Shown: positions 18,042 through 27,768, counted from the first letter of the stretch. The stretch is DNA of 61,200 nucleotides from Chloroflexota bacterium (GCA_021814145.1 JAKAIY010000003.1:1-61200); one strand, 5' to 3'. Notes: generated by a model not told the origin, from the sequence alone. Program-made: numbers and translations.

Positions 18042-19289
18042 TCACTCGTCCGAAACGCCGGCGCAGGCGCGCATCAGCCGCACCTCGTCCAGCAGCAGGC
18101 GGGGCAGCAGGAAGCGCGAGCGCACCCACTCCTGGCCGTGTTTCGCCAGCTCAGTCGCGTACCGCCGCTCCCGCAGGAGCTTCAGCAGCGCCGCGGCGCA
18201 CTCCTCAACGCTCTCCACCAGCAGGCCTCCGGTTCCTCCCGCCATCTGCATCGGGATGCCGCCTGCCCGGCCAGCCACCACGGGCGTTCCTTTCCAGAGC
18301 GCCTCGGATATCACCAGGCCAAAGCCCTCACGCACCGACTTCTGGATGATGACATCCGAGAGGCGCTGGAACGCGTTGACCTCGATATTGCCCACGCCCG
18401 TGAAGTTCGAGAAGACGTGCACCAGAGGATCATTCTGGCTCACATCAACCAGTTGGTGGTAGATATCCCAGCCTTCCGGGTCATCCAGCGCCATCGAGCC
18501 AACCAGCGCCAGCTGCAGGTTCGGGATCTGCTCCCGCACGAGCCGGTACGCGGCGATCACCCCGAACGGGTCCTTCCAGGGGTCAAACCGCGCGACCTGC
18601 GTCACCAGCGGGCTATCAAGCTCAACGCCGATCCAGTTGATGATCTGGCGCGCCACCTTCTCCTGCAAGGGGATGTTTTTCGGGCTGAGCGGATCAATCG
18701 CCGGGGGTATCGCCTCAACCCGCGCGATGGGCAGGCCTGGCGGCACAAACTCTCGCATGGTAAAGACAGCGGCGTCGTATCCCTCAAGATATCCGCGCAC
18801 GATCTCCCAGACCTGCGGATTCGGAGCCGACGTGTCAATGTGGCAGCGCCAGATCCAGCGCGCCTGGTCCCTGCCATGCAGCGCGCGCAGCGCGACGGGC
18901 TGCGGGTCATGCACGAAGACGATATCGCTCTCCGTCTCCAGCCGCGCCGCGTTTTCCCGGCTCGTCATCTCATACGCGGCTTCTTCTTCCAGGGTAATGC
19001 CGAGATCGCTGCCCTGCAGGCCGTTGTGGATCGCCTTCGTAGCGCTGAAGAAGCGCTGGTCTCCGCTGATAACCTCCCACTCCGTGCGCATGCCCAGATC
19101 GTTCATGAGCGGCACGAGCGAGCGCAGCAGTTCCGAGACGCCTCCGCCATACGGCGTCGCGTTCAGGTGCAATACACGCAGGCCGCGCAGCGGCTTCGCG
19201 GCCTCGCGGAGCTCCTCGATGGTCTCGTCGGGCACAATTCCCCGATAGGCCCGCAGCGAGCGTGTCCCGACGTCAACTTTGTGTAGCAT
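18042..19289 (-). CDS. treT: GT4 glycosyltransferase, TreT-like trehalose glycosyltransferring synthase
   Basis: [59 protein letters not shown]. Confidence 0.85.
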   Translation of the reverse strand: MLHKVDVGTRSLRAYRGIVPDETIEELREAAKPLRGLRVLHLNATPYGGGVSELLRSLVPLMNDLGMRTEWEVISGDQRFFSATKAIHNGLQGSDLGITLEEEAAYEMTSRENAARLETESDIVFVHDPQPVALRALHGRDQARWIWRCHIDTSAPNPQVWEIVRGYLEGYDAAVFTMREFVPPGLPIARVEAIPPAIDPLSPKNIPLQEKVARQIINWIGVELDSPLVTQVARFDPWKDPFGVIAAYRLVREQIPNLQLALVGSMALDDPEGWDIYHQLVDVSQNDPLVHVFSNFTGVGNIEVNAFQRLSDVIIQKSVREGFGLVISEALWKGTPVVAGRAGGIPMQMAGGTGGLLVESVEECAAALLKLLRERRYATELAKHGQEWVRSRFLLPRLLLDEVRLMRACAGVSDE

Positions 19290-19323
19290 TGTCGCTCCCG
19301 CCTCTCACGTCGCGCTCTTCCCC

Positions 19324-20727
19324 TCAGCCCATGAGCCGCTCTACCGCCCCGAGATACACCTCACTGAACGACGGGAACTGCTCGAACATGTCATGCAGCA
19401 CGGTGAGAGGCGTTTCAGCGCGGATGGCGAACAGGGCGTGCTGGATCCAGTCACCAGCGTTCGGGGCCACCGCCCAGGCCCCAATCAGCGTGCCGCGCCC
19501 GCGGTCCGCGTGCAGCGTCAGCTTCCCGTCCACGCCCCTGCGCTCGGCCAGGGGGATCCCGGATTGGGCGTAGGGCGCGGCGGTGTCTGGGCGCATTGGC
19601 TCCTCAGAGAGATCAACCGTGACTGAGGCGACATCAATGCCTTGTTCGCGCGCCTGGGCCAGCGTCAGGCCCGTCGCCGCGACCAGTGGATCAGTGAACG
19701 TGATCCGGGGGACCGAGATATAGGACGCCGGATGCGGATGGCCCAGGATATCGTCAGCGGCGATGCGTGCCTGATACTGCGCCATGTGGATGTACGACCC
19801 GGAGCCGGTCACATCACCCACCGCCCAGATGCCCGCCGCCGCCCGGCAGTAGGGGTCTACGCGGATGCCCTGCCCGACCATCTGGATTCCCATGCGCTCA
19901 AGCCCCAGGCCCGCCACACGCGGCGTGCGCCCCATCGCCACCACCAGCGCCTGTCCCCGGACATGTCTCCCGTCATCCAGCGTGACTTCCCGCGTTTCCT
20001 CCGGGCCCGGCTCGACTTTCCGCGCGCTCCGCCCCAGGAGGACCCGCACCGCGCTCTGATGCAGATGCTCGGCCATCAACTCGCCTACCTCCGGGTCCTC
20101 CTGGGGTATCAGGCGCTTCGTTGACGCTACCAGCGTCACCTCGGAGCTGTACATGCGGAACATCTGCGCCAGCTCGATCGCATGCGTCCCCATGCCAGTC
20201 AGAATCACCACATGCTGCGGCAGCGAGCTGAACGATATCGCTTCGCGCGCGGTCCAGAAGCCCGAGTCCACCAGCCCCTCAATCGCGGGAACGTATGGGT
20301 CCGAGCCTGTCGCGATGACGATGCGCTCCGTCTCCAGCGTCTGGTCGCCAACCGCGACCCGCCCTGGCCCCGTAATGGTCGCCGCGCCCAGATATATGCC
20401 CATCCCCTCATGCCGCAGGTACTCGACCTGCGCTTCATTCGCTAGCTGTTCGAGCGATTCACCCTGGATGGCCGCTTCGCCCGCCTCATCCGCCGCGCCC
20501 GTCAGCGACGGTGACTTGGCCCCCGCCGCTTCCCGCATGCGCCACAGCAGATTCGCCGGTCCGAGCAACGTCGCCGACGGGATGGAGGCCCAGCGCGCCG
20601 TCTCGCCGCCGATGCGCTCCCGTTCGATCATCGCCACCCGCATTCCGCCGTCGCGTAGCCGGCGCGCGCAAGTGCCGCCGCCAATGCCAGAGCCGATAAT
20701 GATCGCGTCATAGCGCTGATTTGTCAT
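19324..20727 (-). CDS. Class I pyridine nucleotide-disulfide oxidoreductase-like flavoprotein lacking the redox cysteines
   Basis: IIGSGIGG FAD motif, IATGS, IWAVGDVTG and a dimerisation domain; the CxxxxC site reads ETARWASIPS. Confidence 0.85.
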   Translation of the reverse strand: MTNQRYDAIIIGSGIGGGTCARRLRDGGMRVAMIERERIGGETARWASIPSATLLGPANLLWRMREAAGAKSPSLTGAADEAGEAAIQGESLEQLANEAQVEYLRHEGMGIYLGAATITGPGRVAVGDQTLETERIVIATGSDPYVPAIEGLVDSGFWTAREAISFSSLPQHVVILTGMGTHAIELAQMFRMYSSEVTLVASTKRLIPQEDPEVGELMAEHLHQSAVRVLLGRSARKVEPGPEETREVTLDDGRHVRGQALVVAMGRTPRVAGLGLERMGIQMVGQGIRVDPYCRAAAGIWAVGDVTGSGSYIHMAQYQARIAADDILGHPHPASYISVPRITFTDPLVAATGLTLAQAREQGIDVASVTVDLSEEPMRPDTAAPYAQSGIPLAERRGVDGKLTLHADRGRGTLIGAWAVAPNAGDWIQHALFAIRAETPLTVLHDMFEQFPSFSEVYLGAVERLMG

Positions 20728-20959
20728 GCTCCGTCCCTCCCGTCAACGATTCTCGCGTGTTACCCAGAGCATGTCACTCACATTCGGCGCCATCTCTCCG
20801 CCTGCCCCCGCTCACGCTTACTGCTGAGTCTTGCCTATGAGGCGTTTGTGATGTCATGAGCCCTTCAGGTGATAGAGGGCTGATATGCGCTGGCTATTGT
20901 GCGGGATGAAGACGGAGCTGAGGCCCTTCGGGTAGCCGCGTGGGCAGAGGGGGAAAGTC

Positions 20960-21457
20960 ATGAACGCATTGGTGGTCTACGATTCGCAATACGGCAATAC
21001 AGAACGCGTCGCTCAGGCCATCGCGGAGGCCCTGCGCGCCTTTGGCCGGGCGCGGACGGTCCGCTCGGGCGTCGCTCCGCTTGTCGAGCTGGATGAGGTG
21101 GACACGCTCATTCTGGGGTGTCCCACGCAAGGCTGGCGGCCGACCCAGACGATGCGGGATTTCCTGGAGAATACTCCCGCCGAATCGCTGCGCCGCCTGG
21201 CTGTCGTCTGCTTCGACACGCGCCTCCATAAGCCGCGCTGGCTCACAGGCTCCGCCGCCGCAGTGCTGGCCAGGAAGCTCAAGCAGGCGGGCGTCCGGTC
21301 GCTCATGCCGCCAGAGAGCTTTTTCGTCGTCGCCACGGAAGGCCCGCTGGAGCCCGGTGAGCTGGAGCGCGCCGCCGCCTGGGCTCGCGCCATCGCCAGC
21401 GAGGTGGCGCGGGCCCACCCCATCACGTCTGGCGGAACGCCACTCGCTCCAGCTTAA
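20960..21457 (+). CDS. Flavodoxin-family protein
   Basis: VVYDSQYGNTERVA FMN-binding loop, LILGCPT, FDTR. Confidence 0.9.
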   Translation: MNALVVYDSQYGNTERVAQAIAEALRAFGRARTVRSGVAPLVELDEVDTLILGCPTQGWRPTQTMRDFLENTPAESLRRLAVVCFDTRLHKPRWLTGSAAAVLARKLKQAGVRSLMPPESFFVVATEGPLEPGELERAAAWARAIASEVARAHPITSGGTPLAPA

Positions 21458-21701
21458 GCGCGGGCGAACCGCCGCCAGCGTGGTGGCCTGGGCCGCCGGG
21501 CGGCGCCTCACAACCTTCCAGACTCTGACGGGGCGGTATCTGAAGATGGATGTTCGCCTGTAACGCTTGGCGTCTCTTTTGCTGACGCTCATAGTCGGTG
21601 GCGTCTCCATACAGTCGCGCCAACCGCGTTCCAGCCGGATGCGGAGCCGCGTCTGGCGGTTCCTCCCGCTGGAAGCGCCAGGCCTGAAAGGCAGGAAAAA
21701 C

Positions 21702-22070
21702 ATGACCCAGGCGGCTTCCAAGCTCTCGCAACGCACACCCCAGGAGGTCTTCGAGCACCATGTTCAGGCGCTGGGCGCTGAAGACCTGGAAGGCATCCTT
21801 CTGGACTACCCCGAGACGGCTCGCGTCATTACGCCAGCCGGCGTGGCGCAGGGCAAAGACGCGATCCGCGAGGTGTTTACCAGGCTGATCCACGACGTTC
21901 CCAAGGCGAAGTGGGAGCTCAAGACCACCTTCACGGGTGACATCCTCTTCCTGGAGTGGACGGCTGATTCCGCTCAGGCGAACATCCCCGATGGCGTGGA
22001 CACCTTCATCTTCAAGGATGGCATGATCGCGGTCCAAACCATCCGCTACACAGCGGTCCCCAAGAAATAG
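21702..22070 (+). CDS. SnoaL-like / NTF2-fold protein
   Basis: VFEHHVQALGAEDLEGILLDY...GKDAIREVF...GVDTFIFKDGMIAVQT; AGGA RBS. Confidence 0.85.
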   Translation: MTQAASKLSQRTPQEVFEHHVQALGAEDLEGILLDYPETARVITPAGVAQGKDAIREVFTRLIHDVPKAKWELKTTFTGDILFLEWTADSAQANIPDGVDTFIFKDGMIAVQTIRYTAVPKK

Positions 22071-22346
22071 CGCCTGCGGATATGCCGTGAAAACGATCAA
22101 GAGCGCCGCCAGCCCTTGCTCATTGATAGCAAGGACTGGCGGCGCCCGCATGCTGTGGAATGCTCCCGCTCGTTATCCAGGGACGCGCGCCGCTCTTTTC
22201 GTGAGCCGCCAATCCGTCTCCGCGCCTTGCGACCCGGGAGTGTATACGGTATAGTACCTCTATTGGGGTATGGTGGGAGGCGCGCATTGAGGGGGACGCT
22301 CTTATCGCCGCCGGTCGCGTCCCGGGCGTACGCCACAAGACACCAT

Positions 22347-22420
22347 TCGGGCGTGGCCAAGCGGTAAGGCAGCGGACTTTGGATCCGCGATCCCAGGTTC
22401 GAATCCTGGCGCCCGAGCCA
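22347..22420 (+). tRNA. tRNA-Gln (anticodon TTG)
   Basis: Acceptor stem TCGGGCG/CGCCCGA, D-arm GCCAAGCGGTAAGGC, anticodon arm GCGGA-CTTTGGA-TCCGC, T-loop TTCGAAT, encoded CCA. Confidence 0.97.
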
Positions 22421-22575
22421 GGCGTCAGCCATCCGGCGCGCACTTCCGCTTCATCCGTTCATGAAGCAGGCGCGAGGGATCATACGCGCGGCGCCACGCG
22501 CGTCTGCCCGCAAGCGGGAACGCATCCCGCTCACGCATGGGCGGCGCGCGGACAAGAGGAGCGTTCAGCACATCT

Positions 22576-24117
22576 ATGCGACCTGTTGGGGTCATTATCC
22601 TCGCGGCGGGCAAGGGCACACGGATGCGGTCACGCCTGCCGAAAGTCGCGCACTCCGTCGCGGGGCGCGCCATGCTGGAGCATGCCTTGCGCGCCGCCGC
22701 CGGGGCCGTCACCCCTGCCGTCAGCCAGGACGACCCATCCGCCGGCGATGATGGGAGTGATCACCGTCATCGCCAGCCATCACCTGGCGGCCCCTTCGCC
22801 GTCGTCGTCGGCCATGAGGCTGAGGCCGTCCGCGCCGCCGTCCGCTGGGAGCCACCCCGAGGCTCCCTTATCTACTACGTCATCCAGGAACAGCAACTTG
22901 GCACCGGTCACGCTGTCCGTATCGCCCAGGAGGCCATGACCGCTGGCGCCTCGTCGCCAGAGACGATCCTCGTCACCTATGGTGACACGCCGCTGACCCG
23001 GCCTGAGACGCTTCGCCGCCTGCTGCTGGAGCATGAGCGCGCCGCCGCGACCCTCACCTTCCTCACTGGCCTGACCAATGAGCCGGGGGAGTATGGCCGC
23101 GTGCTGCGTGACGGCGCGGGCCGCGTGACGGGCATCGTCGAAGCGCGGCACGCCACACCAGAGCAGGCCGCCATCCGCGAGGTCAACTCTGGCGTCTACG
23201 CCTTTGACGCCGCCTGGCTCTGGTCGCGGCTCAACCTGCTCACGCCTCACCCCAACGGGGAGTATTACCTCACCGACCTGGCGGATATCGCCGTCGCGGA
23301 GGGCCAGACCGTCGCCACGCTCAATGTCGCGATGGAGGAGACGATGGGAGTCAACGACCGCGTCGCCCTGGCGGAGGCCGAGCGGATCATGCGCCAGCGC
23401 ATCCTGCGCGAGCATATGCTCGGCGGCGTCACCATCGAGGACCCCGCCACGACCTATATCGAGGCCAGCGTCACTATCGGGCAGGATACCGTCATCAGGC
23501 CGGGCTGCGCGCTGCGCGGGGCCACCACCATCGGCGCGGGCTGCGAGATCGGCCCGCAGAGCGTCATCCGCGATAGCCAGATTGGCGATGAGTGCCAGGT
23601 CTACGCTTCGTGGGTGGAAGAGGCGGTGATGGAGCGCGGCTCGCGCATCGGCCCGATGAGCCACCTGCGCGCTGGCGCGCGGCTCATGCCCGGCGCGTTC
23701 CTTGGCAATTTCGCTGAGGTCAAGAACAGCGTCATTGGGGAAGGGGTGGACATGCACCACTTCAGCTATATTGGTGACGCCACCGTCGGCGCGCATACCA
23801 ACATTGGCGCCGGGGCGATCACGATGAACTATGACGGCCAGCGCAAGAGCCACACCGAGATCGGCGAGCGCGTCTTTATCGGCTGCGATACGCTGCTGCG
23901 CGCTCCGGTCACGGTTGGGAATGGCGCGAGCACCGGGGGCGGCGCGGTTGTCACGCGCGATGTGCCGCCGGGCGCGCTGGTCGTCGGCATGCCCGCGCGA
24001 ATGGCGCGGCGCGTGCGGTCAGTACGACCAGATCAGGCGAATGACGCGGGGGAGGAGACAGGCGGAGATCAGGCGGATAAGCCGCCATCCGCTCGCCCCG
24101 GCGCGGAGAGGGAGTAG
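22576..24117 (+). CDS. glmU: Bifunctional UDP-GlcNAc pyrophosphorylase / glucosamine-1-phosphate acetyltransferase
   Basis: ILAAGKGTRMRSRLPK, QLGTGHAV, EYYLTD, hexapeptide repeats, SYIGDA, NIGAG. Confidence 0.96.
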   Translation: MRPVGVIILAAGKGTRMRSRLPKVAHSVAGRAMLEHALRAAAGAVTPAVSQDDPSAGDDGSDHRHRQPSPGGPFAVVVGHEAEAVRAAVRWEPPRGSLIYYVIQEQQLGTGHAVRIAQEAMTAGASSPETILVTYGDTPLTRPETLRRLLLEHERAAATLTFLTGLTNEPGEYGRVLRDGAGRVTGIVEARHATPEQAAIREVNSGVYAFDAAWLWSRLNLLTPHPNGEYYLTDLADIAVAEGQTVATLNVAMEETMGVNDRVALAEAERIMRQRILREHMLGGVTIEDPATTYIEASVTIGQDTVIRPGCALRGATTIGAGCEIGPQSVIRDSQIGDECQVYASWVEEAVMERGSRIGPMSHLRAGARLMPGAFLGNFAEVKNSVIGEGVDMHHFSYIGDATVGAHTNIGAGAITMNYDGQRKSHTEIGERVFIGCDTLLRAPVTVGNGASTGGGAVVTRDVPPGALVVGMPARMARRVRSVRPDQANDAGEETGGDQADKPPSARPGAERE

Positions 24118-24124
24118 ACAGGCA

Positions 24125-25633
24125 TTGGAAAGTGACAGTATCGGCGCGCTCAGTCTCGTTCTGGCCCAGACTCTGCACAGTTTCACGGGCTATGACTGGG
24201 CGCTGCTCGTCGGTCTGATTGTCGCGTTGATCATCGCGGGCGCTTCCGCCGCCGCGGAAACCGCGCTCACTTCCGTCAGTCGCATTCGCATCCGCAATCT
24301 GGCGGAGGAGGGTGATCGCAGAGCGCAGCGCATCCGCAGGGCGCTGGAGCGGCCCGACCAGTTCCTGTCCACCATACTGGTCGTCGGTAATATCGCTGTG
24401 ATCACCGCCTCTACCCTGGCGACGATCATCGCCGTGAGCCTCGACTTCTCCTTCGCCGAGGTCATTTCTACGGTCCTGCTTTCGCTGATCGTGCTGATCT
24501 TCTGTGAGATCACCCCCAAGACGTGGGCGGTGCAGTCACCAGAACGCGCGGCCCGCGCGCTGATTGGTCCGCTGGAGCTCTTCTCCGCCATCCTGCGGCC
24601 TATCGTGGTCGGCCTCACCACGTTCACTTCCAGCATGCTCCGTGTCCTTGGCGTTGAGGCGCGCTTGCGCGGCCCGTTCATGACTGAGGAAGAACTGCGG
24701 CTGATGGTGGAGGTTGGCGAGGAAGAAGGCGTGCTCGAAGAGGTAGAGCGCGCGATGATCCACCACGTCTTCGATCTGGCGGATACCTCCGCGCATGAAG
24801 TGATGGTGCCGCGCATAGACATGGTAACCGTTGAGGCCGATGACACGATTGACACCGCCATGCAATTCATCACGCAGGGTGGCTTCTCGCGCATTCCGGT
24901 GTTTGATGATACGATCAATGACATTATCGGGGTGCTCTACGCCAAGGACCTGCTACGGGTGATCGCCAGCGGCCAGCGCCCCGAGAAGATCCGCCAGCTT
25001 CCGTTGCGCAGCGCCTACTTCGTTCCTGAGACGAAGCGCCTGGATGACCTGCTGCACGAGATGCGGATGCAGCGCGTCCATATGGCGATTGTCGTAGATG
25101 AGTACGGCGCGGTGTCTGGTCTGGTGACGATCGAGGATGTCGTCGAGGAGATCGTCGGCGACATCAAGGACGAGTACGATAAAGAAGAGCAGATCTTCGA
25201 GCGCGTCAGCGATAACGAGTTCCTGGTAGACGCCAAGATCAGCGTGTACGAACTCAACGAGCTGATTGACGCCGAGCTGCCGGCGGAGGACTACGACACG
25301 CTGGGCGGCTTCGTCTATTCCGAGCTGGACAAGATCCCGACTGTCGGCGATGTGGTGACGCACGATGATCTGACGATCACGGTGCTGGCCTCCAAGGGCC
25401 GCCGCGTGACCAAGGTGAAGATCGTGCGCGAGCGGCCAGAGACCGAGTCTACTCTCGCCACCCAGTCCAGGACGCGCCCGCGTGGGCGTGAGGCCAGAGA
25501 GGCGAAAGAGGGCCATGAATCGCGGGAAATCCGGGAAACAAAAGAGAACAGAGAGGGACACGAGGCCAGTGATCGCGTGGCTTCCGCGTCAGAGCGGCAC
25601 GGCGGACGCGGGCTGTGGCGGCAAGACGCTTGA
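24125..25633 (+). CDS. Hemolysin-family CNNM-CBS-CorC protein
   Basis: AAETALTS, EITPK, VMVPRIDM, FSRIPV, VVDEYG, TIEDVVEEIVG, TLGG; probable TTG start. Confidence 0.92.
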   Translation: MESDSIGALSLVLAQTLHSFTGYDWALLVGLIVALIIAGASAAAETALTSVSRIRIRNLAEEGDRRAQRIRRALERPDQFLSTILVVGNIAVITASTLATIIAVSLDFSFAEVISTVLLSLIVLIFCEITPKTWAVQSPERAARALIGPLELFSAILRPIVVGLTTFTSSMLRVLGVEARLRGPFMTEEELRLMVEVGEEEGVLEEVERAMIHHVFDLADTSAHEVMVPRIDMVTVEADDTIDTAMQFITQGGFSRIPVFDDTINDIIGVLYAKDLLRVIASGQRPEKIRQLPLRSAYFVPETKRLDDLLHEMRMQRVHMAIVVDEYGAVSGLVTIEDVVEEIVGDIKDEYDKEEQIFERVSDNEFLVDAKISVYELNELIDAELPAEDYDTLGGFVYSELDKIPTVGDVVTHDDLTITVLASKGRRVTKVKIVRERPETESTLATQSRTRPRGREAREAKEGHESREIRETKENREGHEASDRVASASERHGGRGLWRQDA

Positions 25634-25663
25634 TAGCCTATTCGGGTGAGTTCTGTAGCCATA

Positions 25664-25693
25664 TTGACAAGTTGCGCACAAGAAAGTTACTCT
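25664..25693 (+). promoter_or_regulatory. Putative sigma70 promoter reading into the csrA upstream region
   Basis: TTGACA (25664-25669), 18-nt spacer, TACTCT (25688-25693). Confidence 0.45.
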
Positions 25694-26465
25694 CACCCCA
25701 TACGCAACGTATCCACATACACATGGGGCGCCAGGGGTACGCTGCCCAGGCGCGCTTTGTGAATCCGTCCAAGGCGACCACGCGAGCAGGAAATCGCGTC
25801 CAGACGCGCCGCCCTGAAAGCGACAATCGCTCCCACGTGTTCCAGCGCGCCCAGTTCCGGCGGCGGCCCATGCGCTCCTGTGACGCCGGCGCGCCATCCC
25901 TGCGCAATGGCGCGCCGGAACGAGCGTGACTACACATAGCAGTGAACATGTGTGGCTGAGCGCGGACGGAGGCGGTTGAGTACGCGACGGGCGCGCGAGC
26001 GCTAAGGAGGTCGCCCAGCGGATGTGGAGGAGACGGAGGTAGGCGCCTGGCTGATACTTCAGCGCCCGCCCGCCGTTTTAGCCTGTAGATGGGTGTGACT
26101 GATCAGCGGCGCGCAGGGGAAACCCGAATGTCTTTCCATCGCATGATCCAGCGAGTAGCGTCATCGGTGAGACTGAGTGGGCCATATTGTCCCAATGGCG
26201 TCACTCAGGAAAGGCGAGGGCGTTCCAGTCATACGACCTGCCGCCGCGTATCGGGTAACCACGCATCTGGCCCAACGTATTAATTCAGCATCATCCGGGA
26301 ACATCCAGAAAGGTCCCGGCGTATCCGGCGGAGACCACTCCGCGCGCCTGACGGATACGCGCCCAACGCATTACTGAAAGTATCCTTGATGTCCGGTTGC
26401 GAACGCGGATGACGCGGCGCGAGGGCGCAGCCTTTGCCAGGCTGCGTTCCACCCCCCCTGCTACA

Positions 26466-26600
26466 CGTCAGGGAGGACGCGGGTCAGTACTCGACGCAAG
26501 CGCGGCGGCGGCGAAGCCCTTCACAGGAAATGGGGAGAGGGCGGGTCCGCAGGGATTGCCGACCAGGCGTCGGCCTGTGCCGTAAACGCCTGACAGAGGA
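26466..26600 (+). promoter_or_regulatory. Putative CsrA autoregulatory sites (GGA motifs) in the csrA 5' UTR
   Basis: CGTC-AGGGAG-GACG hairpin, ACAGGA (26523), GGTC.GCA-GGGAT-TGC.GACC hairpin, and AGAGGA overlapping the SD. Confidence 0.55.
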
Positions 26601-26612
26601 GGGGTTTGTACT

Positions 26613-27155
26613 ATGCTCGTGCTACGCAGAAAAGCCGGAGAAGCCATCGTGCTCAATGGCGCCATCACGATCTACGTGCTGGCGGTCGAAGGGGAGCGTG
26701 TCAAGCTGGGAATCAGCGCGCCACCTGAAGTGGTGATCGTCCGCTCGGAGCTCCTGGAGGGTCCGGGTGGAGTCGGTGGCCCGGTGGGTGGCCCGGCGAG
26801 CGGCCCCCTGGGCGGGCCGATGGGCGGTCCGTCGCTGCCTCCGGGCGGATCGGGGACCAGTTATCCGCGCCCACCACGGTCGCCCAGCCAGCCCGAGCGC
26901 TCCTGGCGCGAGCCTGAGCGCTCCTGGCGCGAACCGGAGCCACCCACGCGGCCGCGTCCGCCCGCGCCACCCGCGCCGTCCCGGCGTGAGCCGGATGAAG
27001 AGGGCGGCGGGCCGGGCTTCAGCGGGCTATCGCGCTATACGCCGCGCAGCCGCTACGACGCCTACAGTCCCTATGGCGGTGGTCAGGGAGACTATGACGA
27101 TTCGGCGCCTGGCGCGGGTGACGATCAGAGCCCGTTGCGCCGCCCTGGCCGGTAG
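26613..27155 (+). CDS. csrA: Carbon storage regulator CsrA/RsmA with a long low-complexity C-terminal extension
   Basis: MLVLRRKAGEAIVLNGAITIYVLAVEGERVKLGISAPPEVVIVRSEL matches the CsrA fold; GAGGAGG RBS. Confidence 0.9.
   Translation: MLVLRRKAGEAIVLNGAITIYVLAVEGERVKLGISAPPEVVIVRSELLEGPGGVGGPVGGPASGPLGGPMGGPSLPPGGSGTSYPRPPRSPSQPERSWREPERSWREPEPPTRPRPPAPPAPSRREPDEEGGGPGFSGLSRYTPRSRYDAYSPYGGGQGDYDDSAPGAGDDQSPLRRPGR
26890..26940 (+). repeat. 21-bp tandem repeat (about 2.4 copies) encoding PERSWRE
   Basis: AGCCCGAGCGCTCCTGGCGCG / AGCCTGAGCGCTCCTGGCGCG / AACCGGAGC. Confidence 0.85.
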
Positions 27156-27168
27156 GGCGCGGGCCTCA

Positions 27169-27203
27169 CGCCCCTCTCCCCGCAGGGAGAGGGGCGGTTT
27201 TTT
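27169..27203 (+). terminator. Intrinsic terminator after csrA
   Basis: 12-bp perfect stem CGCCCCTCTCCC-cgca-GGGAGAGGGGCG followed by GTTTTTT. Confidence 0.9.
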
Positions 27204-27425
27204 GTTGGACGTTGAGGAGAGAAACCGCTGGCTTAAGGGCGCGGAGGATGGCGTGGTGTGTGGCTGCGGCTTCCTTCGGAGGAGCAAGGCCCCAGAAGCG
27301 CTCTTCGAGCTGTTCTGGGCGCCGCTCCGGCCCAATCTTCCTGAGCTGATCGGCCAGTCACGCGGAGCGCAGCCGCGAGTGATCGCGCTCGCGCCTCCTG
27401 GCGCGGGTCACGTCCCGCTGAAACG

Positions 27426-27653
27426 TTACGCGTGCGCCGCGCGCGACTTTCGCCGCTGGAGGCGGCGCTCCCTGGGACGGTCTTGCAGGGTAGTGGAGCA
27501 TGTTCCGCAGATCGGCAACAACCGCCAGAGGCCGCGCGTCTGGGGATCGGGCTCCAGCAGACCATTGGTGGTGGTCGCGACGCAGCCGGTCATGCCGCAG
27601 TTAAGCGGTTCGGCCAGGCGTATTCTGCTCAGCTCGAAGGGCGAGCTTCCCAT
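27426..27653 (-). CDS. 75-aa hypothetical protein with four cysteines (possible zinc ribbon)
   Basis: AAAGGAG RBS; CGMTGC and CGTC motifs; basic C-terminus. Confidence 0.6.
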   Translation of the reverse strand: MGSSPFELSRIRLAEPLNCGMTGCVATTTNGLLEPDPQTRGLWRLLPICGTCSTTLQDRPRERRLQRRKSRAAHA

Positions 27654-27768
27654 GACTGTTTCTCCTTTCCCTTGTTCGCGACGCTCCCCGTCCGCGCCAT
27701 TTCTCACCCCCCGGGGGTCTCTTCCTGACGAAGAGCCTGCGCTCCCCAGGTGGTGAATGGCGTCTGAT

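Noticed and set aside
26302-26400. SAM-I riboswitch (ATCCAGAAAGG)
   Set aside because: Lacks the following GAGGGA..GGCCC, GCAACC and GGTGC..A elements.
27166-27411. Minus-strand frame with an internal TGA (..RLRSA*LADQLRKIGPE..) as a selenoprotein or third small gene
   Set aside because: No convincing RBS-start pair, no SECIS-like hairpin or redox motif, and it runs into the csrA terminator.
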